Of a DNA stretch of 64,000 bases, positions 38,541 through 52,944 are shown piece after piece. Within the stretch, counting starts at the first letter, position 1. Each line of letters starts with the position of its first letter. This DNA is from Sphyrna mokarran. Its lineage: Eukaryota. The notes beneath the pieces were generated by a model. It searched no databases and was not told the origin of the DNA. It saw only the letters and a program-made list of their open reading frames with translations. Location of the stretch: NCBI GenBank assembly GCA_024679065.1, contig JAGIQG010000024.1, positions 22,692,001 to 22,756,000 of the forward strand. Direction: 5' to 3'. The translations under genes were made by a program, and so were the position numbers.

Positions 38541-39213
38541 AACTGCACTGCTCAGATCCTTGCATGTTAACAAAGATCTGTATACTGAAGGAGATGAATT
38601 AATTTCCTCATGGGTGCATGTGTTTCCACAGAGTGAGGAGAGGGGTTTCCAGCTAAAGAGGGAACCTGATCCTTGAGGAAAAGGTGAGCTGCTTCAAAAG
38701 ACAGGACCCAGCTGGCAAAGTGGATTCTAGGGAAGGAACCCAGATCAACTCAACTGGTGACCAAGTTCCAGATAGTCGAGCTGCATGGAGTATGTGGGCA
38801 CTGGGTTGTGGCTAGGGTGGTATAGCAATCTGAAATTCTGGGAGTGTCAGTGCTGAAAAGCTAGACTGGACCCGATCCAGCAAACCCACCAGGATCACAG
38901 GCCACAGATTTAAAAATTCATGCCGCCGTGCATCTGAGTTTGATGCAAAGTATGGCCATCATGTTCAGTTTCACTCATCTGGTTTGTTGGCAAACCTTAT
39001 GGAACAACATGAAACTAAGATGCCTATAAGTTATACATCACAACCACAACCACTACACTCTGCTGCTATTGAATGGATTTAATATTCCTTTCATCAATCG
39101 CACCTCAGAAAAGATGTTAATGAGACTCTTTTTGCAGGCTTTTCAATCTCTGTGCAATCTCATTTAATACTTTCCTTCATGTTTGCTTGGTCTGTTCTTT
39201 TCTTTCGTTCATT

Positions 39214-39552
39214 TCATAGAATCATAGAAATCCTACAAATGTAGAATGAGGCCATCTGGCCCCTCAAGTCTGCACTGACTACAATCCCACCCAGGCCCTA
39301 CCCCCATATCCTTACACATTTACCCACTAATCCCTCTAAACTACGCATCTCAGGACACTAAGGGGCAATTTTAGCGTGGCCAATCAACCTAACCCGCTTA
39401 TCTTTGGACTGTGGGAGGAAACTGGAGCACCTGGAGGAAACCGACACAGGCACAAGGAGAATGTGCAAACTCCATACAGACAGTGACCCAAGCCAGAAAT
39501 CGAACCTAGGTCCCTGGAGCTGTGAACCAGCAGTGCTAACCATTGTGCTATT
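39214..39552 (-). mobile_element. V-SINE (HE1-like), CR1 tail
   Basis: catagaatcatagaaatcctac...gacagtgacccaagccagaaatcgaacc...cagtgctaaccattgtgc. Confidence 0.88.
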
Positions 39553-41505
39553 GTCCATCCATGATGAATTTACAGTACATGGGCAATAAATGCTGGCCGG
39601 CCAGCAATGCCCATCCCTAGTTACCCTTGAGAAGCTACTGGTAAATTGCCTTCTTGAATTGGTGCAGTTCCTCCCCCCTCTCGCTTTTATCCCTATTATG
39701 TTTTTAGCCTCCCATACATATCAGGCTAGTGGCTACAGTGTGGCTATTGACATTGTGTAATCAATTCCATAAGTTTGTTTACACATTATAATAACTCAAT
39801 TGGAAAGGGAACAATGCTGTGGGTTGTCCCACAATCCCATTAGGGAGGGAATTCCAGGATTTTGACCCAGTGACTGCGAAGGAACAGCGATAAATTTCCA
39901 AGTCAGGATGGTGACTTGGAAATTGTTGCCCTTCTCCTTCTACATGGACATGATTGTGGGTCTGGAAGGTGCACGCAATAGACAGAAAATCCAGTCAAGT
40001 TTGAAACTGCAGAGCAGCACAAAACCAAATACTAATTCACTTTTGAAAATGAAGGTTCAGAATTAGTACCCAGTCTGACCACAGCCTAACGAAGTTCGTG
40101 CACTGTTAAACCCCTATTGGGTAAATTACATTTATTTTTGCAACAAACATACAGATGTTCCAAAAACGTACTGGCGATGTGTTCTGGAGTTTGTTCTTAA
40201 TGAACGGCAGCACTATGGGCGTGTATGAGACATGGTGGGTAGTGTGGCAAAGTTGTGTCAACCAAGAGCGATGGGGGCTCCTACTGTGAAAATTTATGAG
40301 TAACAAGCCCATCATCAGTTAATTCTGGTGTTATAGTCTGTGTGCTTTTTGCAATGGTATGAAAGCTATCCCTTGGAGAGTCTAGTTCACAAAGGGCCAA
40401 TTGAGAACATACAATCCAAACAATTTACAGTGGCAAGTGCTGATCCGATTTTGGCAGTCTTCAGGCAATTTGACCTCTAAATGCCATGAATGAATAAAAA
40501 TGAAGGCCTCAAGAAGCAGGGGCCTTGAAGGTTGGGTTCCTTCTGTACCCTTTCCACCGAATAAGAAAATACTGAGTTCTGTGATTTAGAGAGAGTCAAA
40601 AGATGTTACGACTGAGCAGTCACAAAGGCACTGAAACAGACATTTTGTGTGGACTCTGCTCACCTCTTGAAACTCTTCAGGTTAGCCTGTGGATCAATAA
40701 TAGCCATTATTCTTTCACCTCTGACCTATGAGAGTAAGGCTTCTTTCTTCAGTTCCAACAAAAAGAAACTCTTGGAAGGATTAAGCTCAGAGATGTGAGT
40801 CAGTCCTTCAGAGCATCTTAAAATCTTTCAAAATGTTCCCTTGATGGTATTTTGAATCTGAGTACACACAGACACAGGCGCACATCCCCTTGCTCTTTTT
40901 CACTGGGAGTGACTGTTTTATACTACAGATGATCTAATTTCATAAGAAACTGTTCTTTGGGAAATACAGGAAAAGTTGGTTGATAACTAATACCGTATAA
41001 CTGTTAGACTAGCTTATTTATTGTCACTTAAGTCTGCTCAGGATTTCACATTTTTATTTACCCGAGATGTAGTTTCCAAAATTGTATTGTTCAGGGGTAG
41101 ATGATGTTACATGGGTTGCTACACAACACTGAACCACTTAGCCGCTTATCATTAATCTCTTTTCATTCCTTTTTCCTTCTGTATTTATATTTTTTGAACA
41201 CTTAATTACTTACTTTACCATTTCTTTGAAAGTACTTCACTAGTATTTCAATGTTTGCCATGACAAATAAAATCTGCTTACTTGATTATACAAATGCCAT
41301 TCAATAAACTATATTTTAACTGGCGAAAGATGCATAATTAATTATGCTAATTTATAAAGAATGCTAATCTGAAGAACACCTTTCATTTTGAGGTTTTAAT
41401 ATTTGTTTTACCTTTTTCCAGTACTTGGCAAACAATTAAGGATTTTCACTTCAGTAAAGGTGCTTTAATAAATGTTGAATAAATGAAATATAAATTGTGG
41501 ATGTG

Positions 41506-41770
41506 TGTGATAACCCTCAGGACTTTTATGGGGAACTCTTGATTGAGCTCCCTGTGGGACTCATGGGAATTCCCCTGTGGGAATCTCCCTGAGAGATTCC
41601 GTGATAATGAGCCTATCCAGGTGGACTTATCTCCCCAGCCCTTGTTAAAGTGAATCGCTGAGCAGTTCCAGTGATGTACTGTCCTGGTTGGGACTTGTGC
41701 AAATGCACTAGAGAGTTGTGGTTTAACTTTTAATTTGTTTCTTTTCCAGTTGGCTTATTGATGTATTACA
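41506..41770. mobile_element. Solo LTR (265 bp), different family
   Basis: Ends TGTGATA...TATTACA (6/7 inverted); flanks ATGTG/ATGGG (4/5 TSD); more GC-rich than the very AT-rich left flank; internal ccctgtggga repeats. Confidence 0.65.
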
Positions 41771-42899
41771 ATGGGAAAGCAAAATTATGGAATAGATCAC
41801 ACATTGTCCAGAACCACATCAAAGCTATGAGCCTGATGTGTGTACGAGGCTATAAACATAATAGGGATAAAGGCATGTGAGGATGTAAAGGCTTAACATC
41901 ACAAACATATACGATGCCGATGTAACAGTGATGCCAGACTATGTAACTGAGAAGATCCGAAGGAGAATCTCCAGCCTTGTGTCAAAGTCCAAGGGTGGGA
42001 TTTTCCCGCTACGCTTACCCAGAAACTGGAGAATCCTGCCCGAGGTCAATGGATCTTTGTATGGTCCACCCACCACCCCACCCTGCTACGATTCCTGTGG
42101 CAGGTGGGATGGGAGAATCCCCCCACCCCTCAAACGTGTGAATATTTGGTGGAAATAAAGAATAATCATTTTGAGAAATGACATGCTTGAGCTGTAGTGG
42201 ACAATCCCATCTACAACCAGACTACGCAAAGAAACAACTTGGTCTTGGCCATAATTTTACATGCACCCCTCACCAAGAAGCGTGAAACCACACGAAAAGA
42301 CCATAGGTGCATGCCCCGATATTACTGCGCACTCACATGATATCCCAGTTGACAGGCACACGCAGGAGCACTTAGAAGCTTGGCCACTGAGAATTAAGCC
42401 AACAATACAGCCCACTAAAGAGAAATTGACTGCAATTTTACACAGTCAGTGTAACCATCTGCCTTAATGGTTGGCAACCAGGCCAGATGGCCTACACGTT
42501 TGAACAACAGGGCAGGATAAACTATTAGGGCGGAAATAAAATTTATAAAGATGTTTGGGGACTGAGATTTACATATACGATTATGCTGCCTAGATGCTTT
42601 TCTGCCTGGATTTTCCATTCTTCTTTAATTTACATAGGCCTGCACTTCTGCTGTGGTTGTCCACTAAGTGAGCACGTTGGAGACACCAATTTGCACCTTT
42701 TCAGTATGTGTTTCAGGATAGGTGCTTGTCAATTAGACACCAGCATGAAGTATCATTCTGGGGCCAAGTGCAGCTGGAAGCAGATATTGCACCCAATTTC
42801 AGGCCTGTGAAATGCCACACTTAGGAAGCAAAATATCCAGGCCGTGATGTCAAAGTTAACCATTATATGACAAAAATACATTGCATAAACAATGCTATA

Positions 42900-43552
42900 A
42901 TCATAGAATCTGTAAGTGCAGAAGGAGGCTATTTGGCCCATCGAGTCTGCACTGACCACAATCCCACTCAACTTCTATCCCCATAATTCCACGCATTTAC
43001 TCTGCTAATCCTGCTAACCTACACATCCTGGGACACTAGCAGACAATTTAGCATGGCCAATGCACCTAACCTGCACAAGCACAGTGGTTAGCACTGATGC
43101 TTCACAGCTCCAAGGACCTGGGTCTGATTCCCGGCTTGGGTCACTGTCTGTGTGGAGTTTGCATATTCTCTTCCTGTCTGTGTGGGTTTCTTCCAAGTGC
43201 GCCGTTTCCTCCCACAATCCAAAGACATGTGGGTTGGGTTGATTGGCTACGCTAAAAAAATTGTCCCTTAGTGTCCTGGGATGCTTAGGTTAGAGGGATT
43301 AGCGGATAAAGTGCGTAGGGATATGGGGTAGAGCTTGGGTGGGATTGTGGTCGGCGCAGACTCAGTGGGCAGAAGGGCCTCTTTCTGCACCGTAGGGTTC
43401 TATGATTTATGATATTTGGACTGTGGGAGGAAACCTGAGTACCTAGAGGAAACCTACACTGACATAGGGAGAATGTGCAAACTCCACAAGAACAGTGACC
43501 CAAGCAAGATTCTTGGAGCTGAGAGGCAGCGGTGCTAACCATTTTGCTGTCC
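42900..43552 (-). mobile_element. V-SINE (minus) interrupted by a full-length V-SINE on the plus strand (about 43078-43412)
   Basis: The host reads ...cctaacctgcaca | (insert) | tttggactgtgggagg..., which is contiguous in other copies (cctaacctgcacatctttggactg). Confidence 0.9.
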
Positions 43553-44675
43553 AGAAGCACGTTGTTATTTCTTTCAATTGGTTCTGTTATCGTAAGTGTA
43601 CGACAGGAAACCTCAGATTAGGATTTTAATTTGCACAAATGTTAACTAAAGATTGTCAAATGGAGGACCATCCGGCACCATTCTACTCATCAACAAAGAA
43701 AACTATGAATTGCGTGTGAATTCTCTACAGTCCATACTCAGCTCAGGTTCCATTCCTCGTATGCAAACTGAATCACGGCCTCGCTTGAGCAAGACCAAAA
43801 ATTCCTTGACAAGGTCAATAGGCATTTCCGTTGTCCGCCCCTCATCCGCTCCAATTCCATAGCGGGGGCGGGTGCAGCAGAATTCCGGTGTACTCCCAAA
43901 ACTCAGAAAACGTAACACTTAACCAATGCCAAAATGATAACTGCCATAAGTTAAATCTCATTCAAGTCATCAAAACATTGTTGAGTTTGCTGAGGAGTGG
44001 GATTTTGTTTTCTGATTTTGCAAAAAACAGTGAACTAAATCTGCCATAACTAATGATGTGGGAATTTTAGATGTTTGATTTCTCTGTCCAATTGCTTACT
44101 TCAAAAAAAGTTAAGAGAATGTGTTGTGTTGCTCCGATCTCACTTAGCTTTAAGTCTTGTGATTACAGGGGCTTCAAGAATGAAAGGTCGTTAGTGTCAA
44201 ATGGCCAGTATGTATGAATTAGTCCTTCAGAGGCCCAGAACACAGGAAGAGCAACTTCTTCCAGCTGTTTATGGGTCTGAGAATGGAAGAGTACATATGT
44301 TGTGTACAACCATGGGGTAGTGTTGCCAGAGATTATTGTGGACAAAAAAAAGGACAGCTGTTAAGGAATACCAGGGCAACGCCCTGAGTTAGAACAGTCC
44401 AGGGACCATTACAGGATCACAAATAGTAGCAGAAACTCAAAGCTTGAAGAAACAAAAAAGAAGCAAATAAAGGAGCGAATGCAAAAATAAAAAGGAGAGC
44501 CATAAAGGGATGGATTAGAAAGAAAAAACACAGAAAGAAGAGTGGTCAATTATGAGGAATAGCAATGGGGAAAAGGTAAAAATGACTACGAGTGCTGATA
44601 AAATTTCCTCTTCACAATAGAAAAATCATTTATAAAACTGACAAAAAGAGGAATTTCAACTAATAGGGAGATTCG

Positions 44676-45035
44676 AATCATAGAATAGAATTCCGTACAA
44701 TGCAGGAAAAGCCATTTGGCCCATCAAGTCTGTACCAACTCTCTGAAAGAGTATCTAGCCAAGTCCTCCTCTTCCCACCCTATCCTGTAACCCCCACACA
44801 TTTCCCATGGCTAATCTGTGTAACCTACCCATCTTGGCACACGAAGAGGCAATTTAGCATGGCCAATCCACCTAACCTGCACATCTTTGGACTGAGAGAG
44901 GAAACCAGAGCAGCCAGAGGAAAACCATGCAGACATGGGGAGAATGTGCAAACTCCATTCAGTCACCAAAGGCTAGAATTGAACCTGGATCCCTGGCGCT
45001 GTGAGGCAGCCATGCTAATCACTGTGCCACCTCAC
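44676..45035 (-). mobile_element. V-SINE (HE1-like), CR1 tail
   Basis: Complete head/core/tail. Confidence 0.88.
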
Positions 45036-45169
45036 TAAGGGAGACAAAAAAAAAGGAATGTGACAAAGGGAGAATGCCATTCTTTAGCCTTTTTGATTAT
45101 TTTGCGCACCGATTTTAATGATGTGTCTGGATCTTTTTGGACATTCACTGTTTCTAGCTTTTCACTATA

Positions 45170-46685
45170 TAGAAAGTCATTTTGTACCTAAAACAGATTT
45201 TTAAAAAATATCTAAAATACCTTATGTTTTCCGACATTGAAATCCATCTGGCACAATTTTGTCCATTCACATAATCTCATGAATCTCTTTTGTAATCTTT
45301 TGCTCTCATCTACATTGGTTACAATGCTGTCTATTTCTGTATCATTGATGAATTTGGATATGTGGTTTTTCATCCCATCATCTAAGTCAATGATAAATAC
45401 AGTGGAGCAGAAGAACACAGGAGCAGACCATTCAGTCCTCGGGCTTGCTCTATCATTTGATAAAATCATGGCCGATATGGCTGTGGTCTCACCTCCACCT
45501 TCCTGTCTGCTCCCTTGACTCTTTTGTCGGTCATAAAATTGTCCGACTCAGTCTTGACTAAATCTTTTGACTCTGCCTCCACTGAGGAAGAGAATTCCAC
45601 AGGCTAATTGCCTTTTGAGAGATAGAAAAAAATTTCATCACCTTCTTACTCTGAAATGATGTCCTCTAGTTCAAGTCTCCCCCTCAAGATAGATCATCTT
45701 TCCAGTACCAATCTATCAAGGCCCCTCATTCTTCTAGACTCCAATAAGGCATAGGCGCATCTATTCAATCTTTCCTCATAAGTCAACACCTTCAGTCCAG
45801 AGAAGACAACATTCTCTGCTCTGCTTCATCACAATTATATCAAATAAAAGATCTCAACACTGGTCACTGCTCCAGACAAAGTCTCACTAAGGTTCACAGT
45901 AAAACTTCCCCATTTTTATATTCCATTCACCTTGAATAATCCTAACCTTCTATTTGCCTACCTAATCACTTGCTGTACCTGCTTACTAATGGTTTGTGAT
46001 TCATGTAGCTGGACAGCCAGATTCCTCAGTACCACCAAACTCTGCAATCTCTCACCATTTAAAAAAAATACTGCTTTTCTGATCTTCTTGTCAAAATGTT
46101 AAAGTTCACATTTTCCCACATTATACTCCATCTGTAGCTTTTTGTCCACTCACTTAATCTATCTATATCATTTTGCAGATTCTCTACCTCCTCTTGACAA
46201 ATAACTTTCTTAAATTATTTGGTGTAATTGGAAAATTTAGTTACCATGCATTTGCTCCTGGTTGAGGAAGATTACTAATAGTTGAAGCCCCGGCACTGAT
46301 CCCTGTGTACTCCACTAGTTATAGCTTGTCAACTAGGAAAAAAAGACCCATTTATCCCTGCTCTCTGTTTCTTGTTAGTCAACCAATTCTTTATCCATTC
46401 TCTCATCTTGTGTAATAATTTTTGATGTGTGCCTTATCCAATAAATATCTTTTGGAAATCCAAGTACATAACATCTAAAGGTTCTCCTTTATCCACCTTG
46501 TCTGTTGCTTCCTCAAAATACTATAATGAATTAATTAAACATGATTTCCCTTTCACAAATCCATGTTGACTGTGCCTTATCCTATTGAGATTTTCTATAC
46601 CTATATCTTCCTTAATAATAGATTTCAGCAATTCCCCCAAGACATATATTAGGCTAACTGACCTATAGTTTCCCTCCTTTTTTCA
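45170..46685 (-). mobile_element. Nested, decayed CR1 LINE fragments (RT region and 3' end)
   Basis: ORF 45212-45469 FIIDLDDGMKNHISKFINDTEI...WTKLCQMDFNVGKHKV is the degenerate FADD region; gtacttggatttccaaaag (YLDFQK) near 46450; ctataggtcagttagcctaa (YRSVSL) near 46650. Confidence 0.8.
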
Positions 46686-46779
46686 ATAAATGTGTTACAT
46701 TTGCTAGTTGAAGCCCCAAAACAAAACCTAGCAGGTTGCCACAAATGACGTCCTGCCAATTAAAGTACCTGCCTATTTC

Positions 46780-47092
46780 AGAATCATAAAATCCCTAACG
46801 TGCAAAAATAGGCCATTCAGCCTGAACTGGCAACAAACCACCAAGGCCCTATCCCTGTAATCTGATGTATTTACCCTGCTAATTAACCTGACACTAAAGG
46901 GGCAATTTAGTATAGCCAATCCACTTAACCGGCACATCTTTGGACTGTGGGAGAAAACTGGAGCACCCAGAGAAAACCTAGGCAGGCACGGGGAGAATGT
47001 GTAAACTCCACACAGTCATCCAAGGTTGAAATTTCGCCTGGGTCCCTGGCACAGTGAGGAAGCAGTGCTAATCAGTGTATCACCATCCCATC
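46780..47092 (-). mobile_element. V-SINE (HE1-like), CR1 tail
   Basis: Typical head/core/tail. Confidence 0.85.
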
Positions 47093-48769
47093 CCTACTTT
47101 GGGGATATGAAAGGGTAGAATTCTCTGGCCCCCCTGCACCATGTTTCTCACAGCGGGAAGTGGCGTATCGGTGGGTCTAGTCCCACTGCTGTCAATGGGA
47201 AACCCACAGTAGGAGGTAAGCTATCAATGGGACCACACGATACTGCTGGAATGGACAGCCAGAGAATTCCATTCTATATCTCCTTCCATCTGGCCTATTT
47301 CCCAACCTGGTCAATAATTTGCCTTCAGTTCTGTGAACTTCAACACCAGCTAACAGTTACTAAATCAAATGTCTTCTGGAAATCCATAAGAAGTCATGTC
47401 CATAACCATTCTCCTGTCTATTACTTCAGTCACCTCTTCAGAACCTGCATGTAGGTTGGTCAGTATACCTTTACAAATTCCTGATGGTTTCCCTTAACAG
47501 CTGAACATTTTCAAAGCCATCCTTAGTTATAGGCTTTAATCATATCCTAGCAACCAATGTTTGCCCAAATACTCTATCATTCCTTACTTTTCCTCTGTTT
47601 ACCTTTTTCAAATAGAGAAGGCACAATTTTTCAATTTAAAGGATCAGTTCCCAACTCGAAAGAACTTTGGAAGAATTTAATTAACCTCAGCAAAGCTCTC
47701 AACTACTTTCTTGAAAAGTCTGGAATGGGAATTTATCAGCAGTGTCATTATTTGCCGTATTATTTTGCTACATTGCTATGTCCCTAATTCAATATTCAAT
47801 TTCATGGGAACAATTAGTCTGTCTTTCATTAACATTATCACGGTTAATAGTTTTGCCAATTTTTAAAAAACTGGTTTGATTTTGACATACCTTTCAAGTT
47901 ATTTTTCACATTCCTTTTACAATTCTTCCTATCTGTTTTGTCATCCTGTTCCTTTGTTCTTTGAATCTTTGTCATTTGTCAGGACCTTGGCTACTTTTGG
48001 CATTTTTGTATTGCCGCTTCTTTGAATTTCATGTTGGCACTTGCCTGTTTAGTTATACATGGCTGCTTTTTTGGGACAAGTGGAGTTCTTACCCCTTAAT
48101 TCGCATAAACAGGCTGTAAGCAAGTAATGTCTTCTTTGACCATCTCCTGGTTCTGTTCATTTGCCCATTAACAAATTGTCCAGTTTACTATAGACAGGCT
48201 CTGTCTCACTGCACTAGTAACTTTTCCTCCTGCTGTCCCAGACAGCATTAATTTAAAAAAGTCTAAACAGAACACAAGAATTGAACCTGGGACTTTCTTT
48301 TTTTGTATGATCTGCTTCCACAGTGAACATTTGCTGCTCTGTTAAAACCACTGCACAGAGCCAAGCCAGGGATTTACCCATCTCCCTTTGAAAGCTAATT
48401 GAAACATTGCCAGTCAAAATTAATTAAGCTGCACAAAAGTGCAACTTGCTCCTCAGAGAAGCTCATTAGAATTCAAACGGGAACTTTTAGAATAACTTAT
48501 GATTGAAACGTAAACAACTAAAAATAGAAACTGGGTTGCTGTAATGTCATGTAGTGCAAGATTTACTGACCAAACATGGAAACTATAATACAATGAGTTT
48601 TTCCTACTCAACACCAGTGAAGTGTGACTGGAGAAAGCCAACATTCAAGACAAACACCTATCTGTCAAGATAGCAACCACCAAAGTAATTTGCTATATAC
48701 CCAAGAACAATTCAATGCATGATAAACACTAAGCAATCACCTTATAAATGCTAAGTTGCTCTAAGTTTC

Positions 48770-49825
48770 AGGGGGACTAGTTTAGGGTAAATGCATGAAG
48801 TTATGGAGATAGGGCCTGAGTGGGATTGTGATTGGTGCAGACTTGATGGGCTGAATAGCCTCTTTCTGCACTGTAGGATTCTATAATAAGGCAACTAAAT
48901 ATTGATCGATTAGAACCACAAGATCCCTACAGCACAGAAGGCAGCCATTTGGCCCTTCAAGCCCGCACCGACTCTCTGAAAAAGAGCATCTTAATAGGTC
49001 CATCCGACGCAGATTCCAATTCTACAGGGGAAACTCCAAAGCCCATCCTACTCATCCATCCTTCGCAGACCCTCTGCTAACTACCCTGGCAGACTTCCCT
49101 CACCACCCCCCCTCCCGGATCAGACACCCCTGGGAGGCAGCCCTCCCCCAGTGGGTGGTGATGGAGGGTGGGAGCAGTTGGGGGGCAGGGGGATGGACTT
49201 GGAGAATCTCCACCACTGCCTCTCTCCAACCAGAGATCCATCTGAGCCTGAGCCTCTCTTCCCGCAGAAGATCAAAAAAGTGCTGCAGGCTCTTCAACAA
49301 CTGCAGGTCAGAAGGAGGATAGAGGGAGAGCAGTGATCGAGGTAGGTGGGGCTGTGCTCTGCTGGGGGAGTGCCTGATTGAGGCGGGGGGGGAGGAACCT
49401 ATCGCAGCTCATCCCCCCTCTGCTTTCCCTGCTGTTTTTGTCTTTCGCACCCAGGTGCACTTTCAGATTTTTTTCCTATCTGTGCTTGCGCAGTTCAGAG
49501 CTCCAATCGTTCCGGCAGTGCCAAGTCCCACTCTCAGCGCAGACTGGATCAGAGCCGGCAAAAAGCATATGGGCGCGCCGGAACAAGGATTCCGGACTCA
49601 GATCCATTTTACAGCCGGATCCAGCCCTTTGCCTCCGTCTGATAAAATCGGGCCCTTAGTGTGCCCAATCCACACTGTGGGAGGAAACCAGAGCGCCGGA
49701 GGAAACCCACACAGATACAGGGAAAACATGCAAACATCACACGGACAGCGACCCAAGGCCAGAATCAAATCAGAATCCCTGGGGCTATGAAGCAGCAGGG
49801 CTAATCATTGTGCCACAGTGCTGCT
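48770..49825. mobile_element. Tail-to-tail V-SINE pair; the minus copy is split by a GC-rich insertion (about 49000-49640)
   Basis: Plus tail at 48770-48886; minus tail at 48916-48995; minus core/head resumes at 49640-49825; the insert ends gataaaatcgggccc. Confidence 0.7.
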
Positions 49826-50017
49826 TTATCCCTTACTTGACTAAATATGTCCTGTCCCACACAAGCATAGGGAGCTTTTATAAATACTTTTTGTGAAAAT
49901 CCCTAATTGGCTCTTGTATATGTATGGAAGCCGACAATAAAGCAAATTTTGGCAAGTTAGTATGAAGCTTGTTTTGTTTTTGATTGAGCTTTAATATAGA
50001 GAACTCTAAATATGGGG

Positions 50018-50738
50018 CGGGGGGTAATTCTCCCAGCCTGCTGCATATTCTGATAACACAGCAGTCCGTGTGACACCTGCTGAGCGTCAAGGCCTGCAAG
50101 ATTCTGTGACTAAGATTTCCAGTATAATCAGCTCTGCGCTGGAAATCAATGCAGAATTCATTATAATATGGAAATAGCAATTTGCATTTCATTAGATGGC
50201 TCCAGACCGAATTCTCCAGGCTCACTAGCATCTCCTGTCACCATCAGTAATGGCTCACTTCAGCGGGATTTACTCCTGCTCCCCAGAAGCCGTCCCAGCT
50301 GGAGGGAAGAGAGGCCATTGGGGGCTCCCCTTGGAAGGTTGTGGGTAAGGGGTGATGCTCCTCGGGTAGTACCCGTCTGGCCCCCATCACTATCGAATTA
50401 GCATACTGTCAATGTCTACCAGGCATCTGGCAGTGCCAAGGCCAGAATGGGCACTCCTACTGGGAGGAATGGGGCCTGATAGGTCAATCGGTGGGGAATC
50501 TCACTGCCACTCTGCACTGTGATTGGGGCTGGCCATTGGGGTGATCATGACTGTCTGGGAGTGGGGTTGCAGTCAGATTGGGGCTGGGCCAGGGAGGTCC
50601 AGGAGGCCAGGGGATGGGGGTGTTCACAAAGCCAACAATAGGGGGTGGTGGCGAAGGCCAGTAAACAGGGGCAGGCAATGGTGGAATGGAGGACTGCACA
50701 TTGGGGGTTTAAAATTTGTTTTGGGAGAATCCCAGCCA
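50018..50738. mobile_element. GC-rich non-autonomous DNA-transposon-like element with inverted ends
   Basis: Left gggggtaattctccc and right gggagaatcccagcc are imperfect inverted repeats; similar GC-rich islands lie at about 7895-8540, 17985-18550, 25255-25925, 29850-30280 and 54060-54660. Confidence 0.5.
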
Positions 50739-52944
50739 CGGAATATCTGAAGGCTCTATTATGGTTTCCTTGTAAAAATATTTTCCCTTTAATCACACTT
50801 GAACCACACATAATTGCATTGGCTAGTATACTTAACTTTGATCAAGATCGATACCCCAACCCAAGCTGCAGCACCAAAATCCCATTCAGATTAACAATGT
50901 TACTTTGATTTAGTAACATGACAAGTCACTTCAGTTCCAAAACATTGAAGCCAGTTTAACTTGCATTGAGATGTTTACCACAATAAGATTCTTTATAAAT
51001 GTAACTGTGATTTATCACTGTAATTTCTCTTCTTCAAACTCCTGAGAATAAATCATTTGCTGCTGGGATTAAGTAACAGCAATTGGAAAACCCAAGCTCC
51101 AGTGTTCTGATCTTTGTTCAATGCTGCTGAGATGCTGGAGGGGCTATTGTCACAGTGAATAGATAGATGTGTATAGATCTATAAACATAGACAGGGATCA
51201 CGGGTAGAGGTGGGAACATCGGGGTGGCGGCGCGGGCTTGTTGGGCCAAAGGGCCTGTTTCCTGTGCTGTTTTGTTCTTTGAAGTTACAAACCAGGCGTA
51301 AAATCCAAGAACAGGGGTTGCCTGGCAAAGAAATTCAGATCCGTTCTGAAGGCTAGACTGTGCTATTTGATGCTGGATTGGCTGGCTGATGCTATCAAGA
51401 TGAACATAATTTGAGATTTCATGTGCTGCAGTGCACAAACAAAGTAATTAATGCACACAGCACACACAAAAATTACAGCAACCGTTTAGTGACCAAACCA
51501 GACTTACAGAAACCCTACACTACAGAAGGGAGCCATTCAGCCCATCGATTCTGCACCAAATACAATCCTCCTCAAGACCCTATTCCTGCAACCCCACATA
51601 TTTACCCTGCTAATCCCCCAGACAGTAGAATCAATTTAGTAATGATTCTAACCGTCACCGCACATCTTTGGAATGTGGGAGGAAACTCATGCAGACATGG
51701 GGAAAATGTGCAAACTCCACACAGTGATTCACAGCTGGAATTGAACCCTATACTCAACAGCTCTGCTGTTTTTTGTCATGAACTACAGATGCATTAAGGT
51801 AACAAAATGTTTGGAGATTTTTTAAATCTTACATTAGACTGTGTTTTGGAAATGGACATCCAGGGGGTCAAATTACATCAGGGACATCAACATGAATGGA
51901 AATATGGCACAGTTGGTGTTGCAATCTGTTTAACTGTGTTTTCTTTTTTTGTTCTCTGAACCAAAGCTCAAATCGAACCCTGGACAAAATGAGGTCATGG
52001 TTTCCTTCACTGTTAAGGGTGAAATTTAAAATGCGCTGGTGCAACCGTCATCCGGCATAAAATGGGCTGTAACGTGGCACTAACGTCTCACTCACAGGCC
52101 GTAGATTTTAGCATTCAGAAATCTCATCCTGTTGCAGTTAAGAGGGGTGGGGGAGGTGTTGTTGGAGTTGAGGCCAGTTGTAGGAAGAGTTCAGAACTGC
52201 TCTTAACCTGGGCTCGGTACTGTGACTGAGCTTTCAGAGAACAATGGCCAGTGTTCCAGCACAACCTTGTTTCACCCCAAGGAGCACAAAACCCTGAAGT
52301 AATTTGAAACCAGACGAAAATTGACTGTAGTAACTGCAACGGAGTATTTCACCATAGCGTCACACAGAGACACAGTTTTCTTGCAGCAAGACATAGCCGT
52401 CAGACAGACATTCAGAAGATGAATTGCTATGCAGCAAGGTGACAGGAAAATAAATAGGCAGTTTTTACAGTGACTGTTTCTACGATTGTCTGAAGATGTA
52501 ATTACTCTAATCAATCAGAGCGAGTTGGGAGCACTTGTGTCTCATTAGGAACTGTTGCAATAAGGAATAGAAGCTCTAAGAAAATCAGCACAGAAAAACT
52601 GCCAAAGACAATGTAAGAAGGGATATCATTGACTCAACCTTATTATTTCAGTTGTGTGATCTGGGTGCTCATTCTCAAGGATGTTTGCCCACAAGCTGTG
52701 CGAGGGGATTTTCACAGTAGTTTCACTGCAGTGTTAATACATCTTACTTGTGACAATAATAAATAATCTTTAAAGAATTCAACCTGGGTCCCTACATATT
52801 CAAAGCAGAGTTTGCAGATGAAAATTATTCTAAAATGACCTTTTCTCAACCCATAATTAAGTTAATTTTTAAATTGCAAAAATTACAAGAGGATTTCATT
52901 TTCAGAAGATTTGTGGGCACTAACCTTGAAGTCCAATGGGCAGA

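Noticed and set aside
42185-42520. Possible Penelope GIY-YIG remnant
   Set aside because: Resemblance (…HTQEHLEAW…) is too weak to support without a profile search.
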